A DNA stretch of 64,000 nt from Setoptus koraiensis (lineage: Eukaryota; Animalia; Arthropoda). The stretch lies in assembly GCA_048013815.1 (NCBI GenBank), contig CM106586.1, forward strand, positions 10,850,001 through 10,914,000, written 5' to 3'. The position numbers were made by a program, and so were the translations under genes. Shown piece after piece: positions 49,446 through 60,912 of this stretch (position 1 is the stretch's first letter; every line of letters begins with the position of its first letter). The notes beneath the pieces were generated by a model. It saw only the letters and a list, made by a program, of their open reading frames with translations, made no database searches and had not been told where the DNA came from.

Positions 49446-50510
49446 CCTTCAGAAAATAATGATAATAAATGCTTGTGTTATTTGGCACGAAAGAGTTGAG
49501 AGTGGTTGGATGTGCATATAGGTTGTGCGGTCACACCAGCCAAAGTTCCGATAAAGTTGTGGCGAGACGACAGTTATTTCCTCTGCAATGGCGATAAGTT
49601 GCGACATGACAATAGATCTGATAGATGCCACGCATCGATAAGTAGATAGATTGCGAGCTTGAGATTGCAGAGCGAACAAACAGTTTTATTTCAGTTTTCT
49701 CTATTCTCTTGGTAATTTAAATAATGGCCCCTTGCCAATCTTGTGCGTACAGCGCGCCCACTTGGCTGCTTTTATCGGCAGCTTTCTTCAATCTTACGCG
49801 CGCACAATCAAATTGCCCATTCAAACTTGACGACAGTTTATCGAGCGCTCCCTCTACAGAGGCCAAACTGACGAGCTGAAGTAATATTATGGATAACAGA
49901 CGGTAAATTGCATCTCAGCCGCCTTTTCGTTGGTTGGATGAAGGTTGCAGTGAACAATATTGCAGCGAACAATGTTGCACGAATTACGTACACTTACGAG
50001 TGTTGTCAGCAAACAAATGATTCCAGCGTTTCATTTCGGCAGCGATTGCTATTTATCTGTGCTGTTGCCTGATACAGTGTGCTGAATGTAAGCACGTGCT
50101 AGAGCGGCCCCAGTTTGTGAAATGGCGAGAGCGCCGAATCGCAGGGGGCGAGTGAATAAATGCGGCAGTGATTTTGGCAAATCACAAATCGACAAAATCG
50201 ACTGAATCGACTCGATTGGTGGATTGAAAAATCGATACGTTCGACTGCGAACCGTCAAAAATAAGGCTTCTTGTGTGTGTCGGCTATCAGTGTTGATGTT
50301 GTTATCGTGGCAATGACAGGCACACACGGTTTCTATTTGCGACAGAGAGCGAATTCGGGCACATACACTAATTGATTGCGCAATCATTATATCATCACCA
50401 GGGGAGCAATATGAGAATAACACGGCAGTGGAAGCCATGCTCGTGTGCCGAAGCTCACCAGCCTAAATAGGCAACACATGGCAATTATAATAATAATATT
50501 ATTATGTAAT

Positions 50511-50543
<33 letters not shown>

Positions 50544-51578
50544 TCACACAAAAGCCAGACAGGAAACATGTCATACAATTATATCATATATTAATGTAAC
50601 ATGATGACGATGACGCAACTGTGCTCGTATCAATTGGCCAGCCAGCTCTTGATTGCATGCAAATGAATCGGTGTTTTTCTTCGTGTTTGTGGTTGACACC
50701 CGAGAGCACACGTACACGCACACCGCAGGTAGCCGATAGTTGAGCTGATATGTGTGCGTGTGTGTGCGAGTTGTGCACATAGTAATCATTTCTTTTCATG
50801 TAACTGCAGATAAACGGCAGCGCGCGGCGCGAGAGAGAAAGAGGATATGTGAGATATGGAAATGGCTCTTTGTGCCAACAGGAAACAGGTAATAGGCGGA
50901 CAATGTGCGCCTATGCGCGTTTATGCGAGTTTGCATAAATTTATAAGTGCCAGTTTGTGAGCAGTCGCATAAGCGACACACACAACGAGACGATTTATCT
51001 GCGATTTAGCGGGGCCAGCCCGAGCGGCGAGCGCCACTCAATGGGAATCCGAAATGATTGATACCCGATAGATTAGCCCGGGTAGATTGGGCGGCCAACG
51101 GCGGACGCAACAATCTGCGGGCCGATAACAATCTGACGTCGGCCGCGCCGACCGAACTGACAAACTGACCGGCGCCGCTGACCACAATATGTTGTCGCGG
51201 GGCGAGTCGCCGGCAAGACGGCCAGTTCGAGACGAGATAGTGGCGCCACTTGGCCAGTTCAACTTGATGTCTTTTGTGACTGTGCACCGAGACTGTGTGT
51301 GTTGTGATCCCTTTAATCGAGATCAGCAGCAACAACAACAACAACAACAACAACAGCGGCGGCAGCGGCATAGGCAACATCTGATCTGAGTCAGATCATC
51401 TGACGACACCAACACACATTGTTGTTGGTATCATTATGCAAATCATCGCATATTGCTTTATTTTCCATCCCGCCGTCCATTGTATAAAGTGCGGCGCCCC
51501 GTTCGAGTCACCTGCGCCAGCATTGCCTACATTGCGTATATTCCGCCAGTTGGCCGGTATGTTCGGCCAGTTGCGTAT

Positions 51579-51622
51579 GTGGCGAGCTAGTTACGTAAGT
51601 GGCGAGCTAGTTACGTAAGTGA
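51579..51622. repeat. Perfect 20-bp direct duplication GGCGAGCTAGTTACGTAAGT x2
   Basis: 51581-51600 is identical to 51601-51620. Each unit contains the palindrome TTACGTAA and a GTAAGT donor-like hexamer. Confidence 0.95.
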
Positions 51623-52701
51623 CAACAGTTTGCTGTCGACGCGGCCACAACAGCGAGCGGCAACTTAATCATTTAGCCCGTCAGCTCAGTTGCCGGGTTG
51701 CCGAGTTGCAGTTTCATTATCTGGCGCTCAATCGTTTCGTTTGTTTGTAAAGCTCTTATCTTTGCGAGACACCTTACCTTGTGATTTGCGCTCTCTTGTC
51801 TGGCCGAACCATTCATTCGGCCGCCATGATATATCGGCTGCGATATTGTGTGTCTGATATCGTCGGGCCACATCTCGGCCGATGCTGATGTATATCGGGC
51901 AGGCACGCAGGCGGCGAGTGAAAATTTGCGAGTTTGAGCGAAATTGTAGTTATAATCGCGCACATTATTTAGCATTAGCCAACGTTCAGTTTTTTAGGTT
52001 TGGCCGCCAGCCCGGCGCCGGCCCGCAGCCCGTCAGCCCGCGTCTCGGTTTGGCGGCAATTGCGCAATTTCGGGCCGGCGGCCGCGCCGAGCGTGCGCAA
52101 ACAAACCGCTAAATAGATCAACGCAAGGCACGGGCAAGGTGCAAAGTTGCGGGCCGGCAAAATTGCAACTAACAGGTACGACGGCCGCGACCGGCAACCT
52201 ATAAAGGGCGAGTGGTGAGCCTGGCGAGCTTGCCGAAATCGGCGCGCAAACTCAGTGCGGCGGCCGGCCAATTGATGAGCCAGTTAGCCTAACTGAGTTA
52301 GGCGTTCGCGGCGGCGGCAGGTGCCCACGGCGAGCGACGCTCGTTAGACGCCCGTTAAATGGCCGCCAATAAATAATGCGCGCATTATGTAATATCAATG
52401 GCAATAATAATAATAACAGTGACCATAATATAATATACATAATATTGTCGCCATAGGCATCAGCAGCAGCAGCAGGAAATGCCAGCAGTGGTTGGCCTCA
52501 ATCAATTGGCCATTTAGCTCATAATTTGGCTCGCTCGCACCGTACGCCGCGGTAGATTGGCCGGCCGCGCTTATTATTGCATTATCGGCCCTTGTCAGCC
52601 CGTCAGCGCCAGGCGACTTGCGCGCCGCCTATACAACAACCGTCATTACGCAATACATGTAACCAATATACGCCGTTTATATGAGTTTTACTGGGTTGCC
52701 T

Positions 52702-52767
52702 GATATAGCCCCAAGTGCGCGATATAGCCCCAAGTGCGCGAAATAGCCCCAATTGCGCGATTTAGCC
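52702..52767. repeat. 19-bp tandem repeat x3.5 (GATATAGCCCCAAGTGCGC) just upstream of the SERT ATG
   Basis: Units at 52702, 52721 and 52740, partial unit at 52759. Confidence 0.9.
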
Positions 52768-52805
52768 AGGTATTTGGCACAGGTATGATAGGTGCCTGAG
52801 AAAAA

Positions 52806-55800
52806 ATGCATAAAATCCTGCAGCAGCGCTCGCTGTGCCAAGAGCCCGACAGGCCCGGCGAGGCCAGCGGTCAGCAAGCGGCCGGCAGGCAATTAGTGGG
52901 CGAGAGTAGCAGTAGCTTGCCAGCGACAGCGACAACGACAACAACAACAACAAACTGTCTGATTGGCCATTGTGACCAATCGACGCAACAAACGCCACAA
53001 TCGCCGCCAACAGCAGCACCAGCAGCAAATAAACAGCAAGCCAGCGGCCATGTGAACAATCCAGCCGGCCAAGACCCAAATAGCCCAAAAAGGCCCAATA
53101 AAGCCATTAGCAATAAACAAACAAAGACACTTTACACGAGAAGAAGAATTAGATCGTCTATTAGAAGAGAGAACAGCTCGTCGTCGTCGAAATCCACGTC
53201 GTCGTCGAAATCGTCGTCGTCAAAATCGTCAAAGTCGTCGTCGTCGCAAAGTTTGTGCGCCTCTAGCGACACTGACCAACGGGGCCACGCTTGCCGCTTG
53301 CCGCAAACAAACACCAATGATATTAGTGAGTATAATATCACTAATATTGACAGTGATAATAATATCCACGACAGCAGCCATGAGCAGCAAACAAAAGAAG
53401 AAATTAATCAGTTCAGCATCGGCACAGCAGCGCCACACAAACACTTTAACACTTTGGCCCCACAACACAAACAGCCAACAAACACAACAGGCAAACAAGC
53501 TAGCACACTCCAACAAGCCAACCTTGCCAGCACCAAAGCCAGCAAAACTAAGAATAAAAACAAATCAAATAAGCGACGACAAACTGCAGCGCCAGATATA
53601 GATTGCAGCGCCAGCCAGACAGTGATTGGGGCCGGCAGTAGCGGCGGCGCCAGTAGCAACAAACAGTTAATTACCAATGACAGCAGTAGAGCAACTGACA
53701 ATGATTGCGTGATTGCGTCACAGCGGGATGATGATGATGATGCCGTAATAGATATGCAGCATCAGCATCAGCAAAACAGCAGCAGCAACAAGAAACAATT
53801 ATCGGCGGGCCCCAATTCGACAAAACAACAACTCAGCTCGCTTAGAAACCGTTATTTGCTCAGCGCGGCCTCTCGAAAGCGACTCACCTCGCTGGCCATG
53901 AACATAATTGGAGCGGGCGGCAGCAACTCCACGGCCAATCAACCGCACCACCAACAAACCAACCAAACGACGAACCAGACCAACCAGATAAAGCAGCAGC
54001 AGCAGCAGCACAAGTCTCGCACCATCATGTCCATACTGGACACAACTAAGGATTATAGCAAGGACAACAGTTCAATAATAGTGCTTAAATCACCCACTAA
54101 CGCCATGCTGAACAGAAATGGCGCCAACTCGTATCATCGCGACTCGTCCGATGCGGACCAAGCGGCCACCGTGCTGGCCACCGCTGGCGATTGTCACCAC
54201 TGTCAAACAAGCGCAAACGATTGTCACTGTCACTTGGCGAGCAATTTGCCAATTGCTCGCCAATCGTCGGCCCGACGCAATTCAATCGACAACAACGACA
54301 AGCCAATTTGCAACAACGACCACGACAGTGCAATTTGCACCACCGCCAACCAACAGCAACAACGACACACAAACAATCGTCAGTTTGTCAAGGTGAGCGG
54401 CCGTCAAGACTCGCAACAGCAGCAAGACCAAGCGCCCCCGACGGCCACAACAACGGCGCCAGACGGCAACAGCGCCAACGCAAATCTCACTGAGCTGACC
54501 AGAGCGTCGGACAGCGTCAATTCTAACCAGGCCAAGCCAACGAGATCAATTAAATTTGGCAAAGTGCTCACAGACATGACAATTATTAGTGACTCAACAC
54601 TGGGCAAATTCAGCAATAACCAAGACAACAACAGTTTGGTTCGCAAAAGTGACGTTCGCGCGCTGCCGGCCAACGCCAATCAAACTGGGCCAATCAAGAG
54701 AGAAAATTGGGACAAGAACATTGAATTTCTATTGGCAGTGGTCGGTTTTGCAGTGGACCTCGGTAACATTTGGCGCTTTCCCTATATCTGCTACAAGAAC
54801 GGCGGCGGTGAGTACCTGTGTCAATCAATTAGTTAATCATTATCGTTTATAGTTCATTAGTTGACCTCATTCGCCTAATAAGTTAGTTAGCTAATCATCG
54901 TTCAATTATTGCGATAATGTGCTCGTGCTCGCAATGCCAACACACACAAACAGGCGCCTTCTTGATACCCTACATGATCATGTTCTTGCTAGGCGGCTTG
55001 CCCGTTTTCTATCTAGAAATGTCGCTAGGTCAATACTATGCCAGCGGTTGCCTAACTGTGTGGAAGGGCATATGTCCATTAGTGAAGGGCATCGGTTATG
55101 CGATGTGCATAATTAATTTCTTCACCGGATTATATTACAATACCATCATTAGTTGGGCTGTGTATTTTTTGTTTGAATCATTCACAACAAGCGAATTACC
55201 TTGGACTAGTTGCAACAATCCATGGAACACGGACAATTGTCGCGCAATTGGCCAAAATCGCAATAATTCCATGGCCGCTAACAGTAGCGACAGTCTTAAT
55301 TATGCGCTTACAACCATGTCAACAACGTTTGATGACACTATGAGTTACACTATTGCCCCAGCAACAAAAAAATCCTATCTCAAAAGTCCGACCGATGAAT
55401 ACTTTGTGTAAGTACCCAACAATCGCTTCCTGTTTCTCGCTGCACATTGTCCAAAAATTGTTTATATGTCCACTTATATGTGACCTCTGACCGCTTCCGT
55501 GTCGTATTATCGCGCCCAGACGAGAAGTCCTCAAAACTCACCTGTCGACAGGTGTGGACGATCTAGGCCCCATTAGATGGCCGCTGGCCTCTTATTTGGC
55601 CATTGTGTTTATATTTGTCTATTTTGCCATTTGGAAGGGCGTCAAGAGTACAGGCAAGGTGAGTCACACGACAACAATATCAAACGAATTAGCGAGCAAA
55701 TCATTTCAATTGACCGATACCAAACTTTTTAAATTTGTCAACTAATTCATAATCGTCAATTATCCCCGAACAACCAAATTAAAAAAACAGGCCGTCTGGA

Positions 55801-58544
55801 TTACCGCTTTACTTCCTTATTTTGTCCTCATACCCCTACTGATTCGAGGCGTCTTCTTAGAGGGCGCCGCGGTGGGCATCAGATATTATCTCTATCCAGA
55901 TTGGTCAAAACTAAGAGAGATTCCAGTTTGGATAGACGCCGCCAAGCAGGTATTTTTCTCGTTGGGTCCAGGTTTTGGAACATTATTAGCATTGTCTAGC
56001 TACAACAAGTTTAATCACAATTGTTTTAGAGATGCCATTATAGCGGCCTCAGTGAATTGCTTTACAAGTTTTATTGCCGGTTTTGTTATATTCTCAGTAC
56101 TTGGTTATATGGCCACCATTCAGCAACAGGACATAAGCGCCGTGGCCACCGACGGTGAGTAGCAGTTTTATTTAACGCTTAGTCATGATTGGCCAGTGAC
56201 CGATAGAGGCCCATTTATCGGCTTCCATCGGTCACAGATTGAAGCATCAGCATCAGCTCTATATAACATGGTGATAATACTGATAATCACAATTGTGTGC
56301 TTGATATAATATATTATCTTGTTGTTTCCATCATCATGCCGATATATCCACATATCGTCGCACATAGGCCCCGGTCTGGTATTCCAGGTTTATCCCGCGG
56401 CGTTGGCCACCATGAAGGGCTCAAGTTTTTGGTCTATATTGTTCTTTACAATGGTCATTTCGTTGGGCATCGACAGCACTGTGAGTAGACGCGATAAACA
56501 CGTTACCACGTACTACGCTACGTGATAGCCTGCCTACTTAATTGAAATTCCTTCTCAACCAGGGCCCGCTTGACATATACAACTCAACTAATGACATGTC
56601 TCTCATTGAGCTATATTGAATTGTCTATATATATATATTATTATATTAACCAGTGTGATGTGGCCGTTGAGCCAGCGCTGGCACAACGGCCAGGTCAATT
56701 TAATCAATTTGACCAGTACCCTTTGCATCGAACGTAACAGAGACCAAAATACACAAATTTCTGTGGCACTGGCAAACAATCACTGTTGTTACAAACAAAT
56801 AAATAGAGAATTAGAGACAATTTCAACATGATTTTGTGAGGGACGCCCCCATCTTGTTTTTGCCAATCAATTATTGATTATCAATGTCCATCAGCAAATA
56901 TAATTGTGTATGTCGCGAATATTGCGTAGCACATGGGTGGCGGGTGTCGATGTTGTTGAGATTGCAAAACAAAACGAACGAACTCGAGCCAACAGGAGCA
57001 ATATAATATTTTAGTTTCTCATGTTTATGCACGACACAACACGTGCCATTTGTCCAGCCAGACAGAGAGTGCACAACTTGTCAATTTACAGAGAATTGTC
57101 AAATTAATATTGATTTCAGCCGACCGGGCAGCGAAAGTAACGAAGTGGTCAGCATGGTCGGATGGGCCATCGAGGGCCAGTGAAAGAGCGAGGGAGAGAG
57201 AGAGAGAGAGAGAGAAGAAGCCATTTCTAATCGGCTCGCATTTTGAGCGATATTTACGACATGAATTTCGTGTTAAATTGATTTCAATTGTAATGCTCAG
57301 CCAATACTAATAATGGTCAATGTGCTCCAATTTTTTCCCGCCAACCCATCGCGCCTCTGCCCATTGTGCCATCCAACTCTGGAGCAAACTCTATTTGGCC
57401 CCACTTCCAATATCGGGCGCAAATCCGTCCAAATAGTTTGGTGGCTTGGAGGCGGTCATAACTGGCCTATGTGATGAATATCCGCGATCGTTAAGAGCCC
57501 ACAGGGAGCTGTTCATTGGTTGCCTAGTAATAATAATCTACATATGCTCACTACCCACAACCACCTACGTAAGTACTACTATGGTCGTCGTCGTCGTTGT
57601 GTCTTTCTTGGAACTATTTGAGTCGCTAGTTTGCAAATTGAAATCGGAATAGTTGCAGAAATGAAAACTCGACCCGATCGAGACTTGGCCAGTTTATCTG
57701 ATCTATGCACATGCCAGACTGGCCCTCGCAAGCAGCAAACACAAGAGATAAACAAGAGTGTCCTCTCTTTAAAATGACATCTCATCTCTTCTTATCTCTA
57801 GCATATCTAGTCTTGCTTGATAACACTTTGCCCGCACTTTTCTCTCAATTTCCTTCATTTCTATATGTATGCATACACGCTATTATCAGGGCGGAAATTA
57901 CGTCATCACAGTGCTAGATGCATATGGCACCTCGCTATCGTTGCTGTTTGTAGTTTTTCTTGAGGCTGCATCAGTTTGTTGGATATTCGGAGTGACACGT
58001 TTCTCCGATAAGCTTGAGGAGATGTACGGCCAGAGGCCGGGTGTTTATTGGCGAATTTGTTGGACTTATATAAGTCCAACACTATTGTTGGTTATATTTT
58101 TGGCTGCTATTTACCAGGAGACAGACCGATACACATTATTAACGATGGATGACTATCGTTTTCCGTCATGGGCAGTAGGTTTGGGCTGGCTCATGACGGC
58201 CTCGTCGCTGGTGTGCATCCCTTTCTATGCCATCTACCTGCTGGCCAAAACCCCAGGCTCACTATCACAGGTAAAGTTTAAAAATTTTGAAGTTTCTATT
58301 TTTGAATCAACATGACTTTAATCGCGAACCCATAACAACATCCGGTTGGCGAAAAGACCAATTTCTTCAAACTTTATCCTATATTAGATTGTGATTCATA
58401 GCAAATTCAAACTATTATCATTTTTTTTTTCTCATTGTTGATTCAATACAGAGATTTAAAAAGTGTATCACGCCCATTGAGAAATCTAAATTGACTCACG
58501 ACCGGTCAGACAGTAGTTGTAATCAGAACGAGGAGGCGCCATAA
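52806..58544 (+). CDS. SerT: Sodium-dependent serotonin transporter (SLC6A4/SerT), about 1225 aa; exons 52806-54807, 54954-55407, 55520-55658, 55791-56154, 56368-56480, 57437-57568, 57890-58270, 58452-58544
   Basis: TM1 [28 protein letters not shown] (Asp typical of monoamine transporters; DLGN typical of SERT), [36 protein letters not shown]. Seven GT-AG introns give a continuous 3678-nt frame. The distal start codon is less certain than the core. Confidence 0.93.
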
Positions 58545-59352
58545 ACGATTGAATCAATCCAGTTATGATTATAATCGGTCCAACCATTGAGACTACTGAT
58601 TTATAGCACGCTATTCATTATATAAACTATTATTTATTGTCCATGATCATAGGACTAAAACCAACAGTCCGACACAATTTATTGGGTCACACGAATTCAA
58701 TTGTCGCAATTGTACCTGAGATTGCAATCAAATCTAAACAATTCAGACAACCCAAGTCATATCAAATCTCTATCTAATGGCAAGTCAATGCATTTATTGT
58801 TTGGGCCCATGTGTAAATGACCTAGGTCGAGTTATCATGAGGCCAATCTATACTTGGCCCCAAGCAAAAGTTGATCTTCCCTCTAGGTCAATATCATTAA
58901 TATCGCTTACTATTAACATGTAACCAGAATCCTATCATAATCAATTTGCTTATTTGAATTTTGTAAATCACGAAATAACTACACCTCTATTAGCAATGTT
59001 AACACATATATATACCATAAAATGTATTATCGAACTTGATGTTGACAGCAAAATATTAATCCTCCGTTTTCCATCAGATTCATACAAGTGCTCGTGAAAG
59101 ACTGCGTAAAATCGTCAGAGAGAGAGAGGGATAAAATATTTTGAATGCGGAGGGATATCTGAATTTTATTTTTATTCCAGCGATCAAAAGTGAAAAAATA
59201 TTCACTTGAACAGTATGCGCTCGCTTGAATATTTTTCGGGCGATGCCGGCGCCTCTGCCGGATTTTTTTCGAACCCGATGCAGGCCTTCGGAAAATCGGC
59301 ACGCAGCACAATATGCTGTCATATGAAAATAAGTTTAGTTAGATCTTTCACA

Positions 59353-59700
59353 CTAATACAACGCCTCTGGCGGCCGACTTTGCCGTTGTCCTTAAAATGC
59401 AGATATATACCGGAGACAAATAATAAATCTCTATTATCTAACTGTTGTAAACTCACATTGTTGTCGTCAGAAGAAAATTCAGATGAAAATACTCATCTAC
59501 TGCTCTTAATATTCTGGCATCTAGATATTATCTGATAGCACCCCGAGAACGCTTAGAGAAATCTTCATCTCTAGACGGAAGCAATGTCAATCGCGAGTCA
59601 CGCTTGGAAATCAGTCAAATCACATGTACCTCTAATTAAATTCAGGAAGGCTCAGCCGATCAGGGATCATGCCGAGCTCAAACTCACAAAAGCCACTTCC
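59353..59700 (+). repeat. Left arm of a roughly 350-bp inverted duplication (partner at 61665-62020), covering the KGD4 upstream region and first 39 codons
   Basis: Shared blocks CAACGCCTCTGGCGGCCGACT, TACCGGAGACAAATAATAAATCTCTATTATCTAACTGT, AATTCAGATGAAAATACTCATCTA, GAGAACGCTTAGAGA and the coding start. Confidence 0.93.
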
Positions 59701-60480
59701 ACCTCGTCTATTAGAGATCATGCCCAACTAGATCGCACTGAAGCCAGTTCCACCCTGTCTATTAGTGGAATGAGACAAACGATCGCAAAGAGGCTAATGG
59801 AAAGCAAAAGACAGATACCTCACAGTTACATGTCCATCGAATCTGATGTTACACAATTGATTAGACTCAGGCAGCAGATCAATCGTAGCACGGCTGCTCA
59901 AAAAGTCTCTCTGAACGACTTCATAATTAAGATCGCTGCCGTAACCCTAAGGCAGGTTCCACAAATCAATGCTCGCTGGAACGAACCAACGCAATCTGTA
60001 GAACTCTTACAAAATGTAGATATCTCACTTGCGGTTGCCATACCGGATGGTCTGATAACGCCAATAGTCAAGAACGCAAACTCTCAAAGTGTACTATCAA
60101 TATCTCGTATTGTGAAAGATCTCGCAGCTCGAGCGAAGATAGGCAAATTGCAACTGGACGAGTTTCAAGGAGGCAGTTTCAGCCTGTCTAATCTTGGAAT
60201 GTTTGGCATTGATCATTTCAGCGCTATTATAAATCCTCCTCAAGCTGCCATTTTAGCGATCGGTCGAACGAGGCAGGCATTTGTCGCCTCCCAAAGTAGC
60301 CACCCCATGATGGCCACAATTGATGATGAAAAGTATGGCATCGACAACGTTCGAGTAGCTAATTTAATGAACGTAACGCTCTCATATGACTCAAGGGTTT
60401 GTGAACAGCAAGATGTGGCAAAATTTTTAGAAACATTTAAATTTTTTGTAGAGGATCCGTCTAATGTTGTTAGCACATGA
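59584..60480 (+). CDS. Chimeric protein: KGD4/MRPS36-derived N-terminus (aa 1-39, plus a 17-aa duplicated segment) fused to the PDHX/E3BP C-terminal core domain; no lipoyl or PSBD domain; 298 aa
   Basis: N-terminus is 32/39 identical to the KGD4 gene at 61782. Remainder: MRQTIAKRLMESK, VSLNDFIIK, FQGGSFSLSNLGMFGIDHFSAIINPPQAAILAIG and YDSRV (Ser in place of the catalytic His of DHR, as in PDHX). AATAAA at 60543-60548. Confidence 0.85.
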   Translation: MSIASHAWKSVKSHVPLIKFRKAQPIRDHAELKLTKATSTSSIRDHAQLDRTEASSTLSISGMRQTIAKRLMESKRQIPHSYMSIESDVTQLIRLRQQINRSTAAQKVSLNDFIIKIAAVTLRQVPQINARWNEPTQSVELLQNVDISLAVAIPDGLITPIVKNANSQSVLSISRIVKDLAARAKIGKLQLDEFQGGSFSLSNLGMFGIDHFSAIINPPQAAILAIGRTRQAFVASQSSHPMMATIDDEKYGIDNVRVANLMNVTLSYDSRVCEQQDVAKFLETFKFFVEDPSNVVST

Positions 60481-60744
60481 TGATCATCAAAAATGTGTGT
60501 GTTTTCATGTTAAGTTTGATTTTTCCGTCTGTACATTAGAATAATAAAAGAATTCAAATGCTACGAGTATCCCTAATTGATGAAAAACTCTGCACCTTCG
60601 TTGTTGCTTGATTTTTGATATTAACAAATGAGCACAAGTGAAAATGCTGTATCAACTAGATAGACTATTGAAGCGAACAAGCTACATTTTATTTAACCAC
60701 TGACCTTGGTCAGAATCATACAGTATGTTATAGTTTCATGATTA

Positions 60745-60912
60745 CTACTGAGCGGCACCTTCTTTTCTAACCGTATCTACTCTTTTGATGGTGGCCTCGC
60801 CCTGGTCTGGGTATTTGCTTCTTGCATCCTTTTTGATTGCCTGCCTAAGCTGACGAGCGGCAATCTGTGAAAATCTCAGATAGTTTAGTCCTAGTTCACG
60901 CCAATAAACCAT
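60745..60912 (-). CDS. ATP5F1E: Mitochondrial ATP synthase F1 epsilon subunit, copy 2 (55 aa)
   Basis: Hand translation MVYWRELGLNYLRFSQIAARQLRQAIKKDARSKYPDQGEATIKRVDTVRKEGAAQ*; too short to appear in the ORF track. Minus-strand AATAAA at 60693-60688. Confidence 0.9.
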   Translation of the reverse strand: MVYWRELGLNYLRFSQIAARQLRQAIKKDARSKYPDQGEATIKRVDTVRKEGAAQ

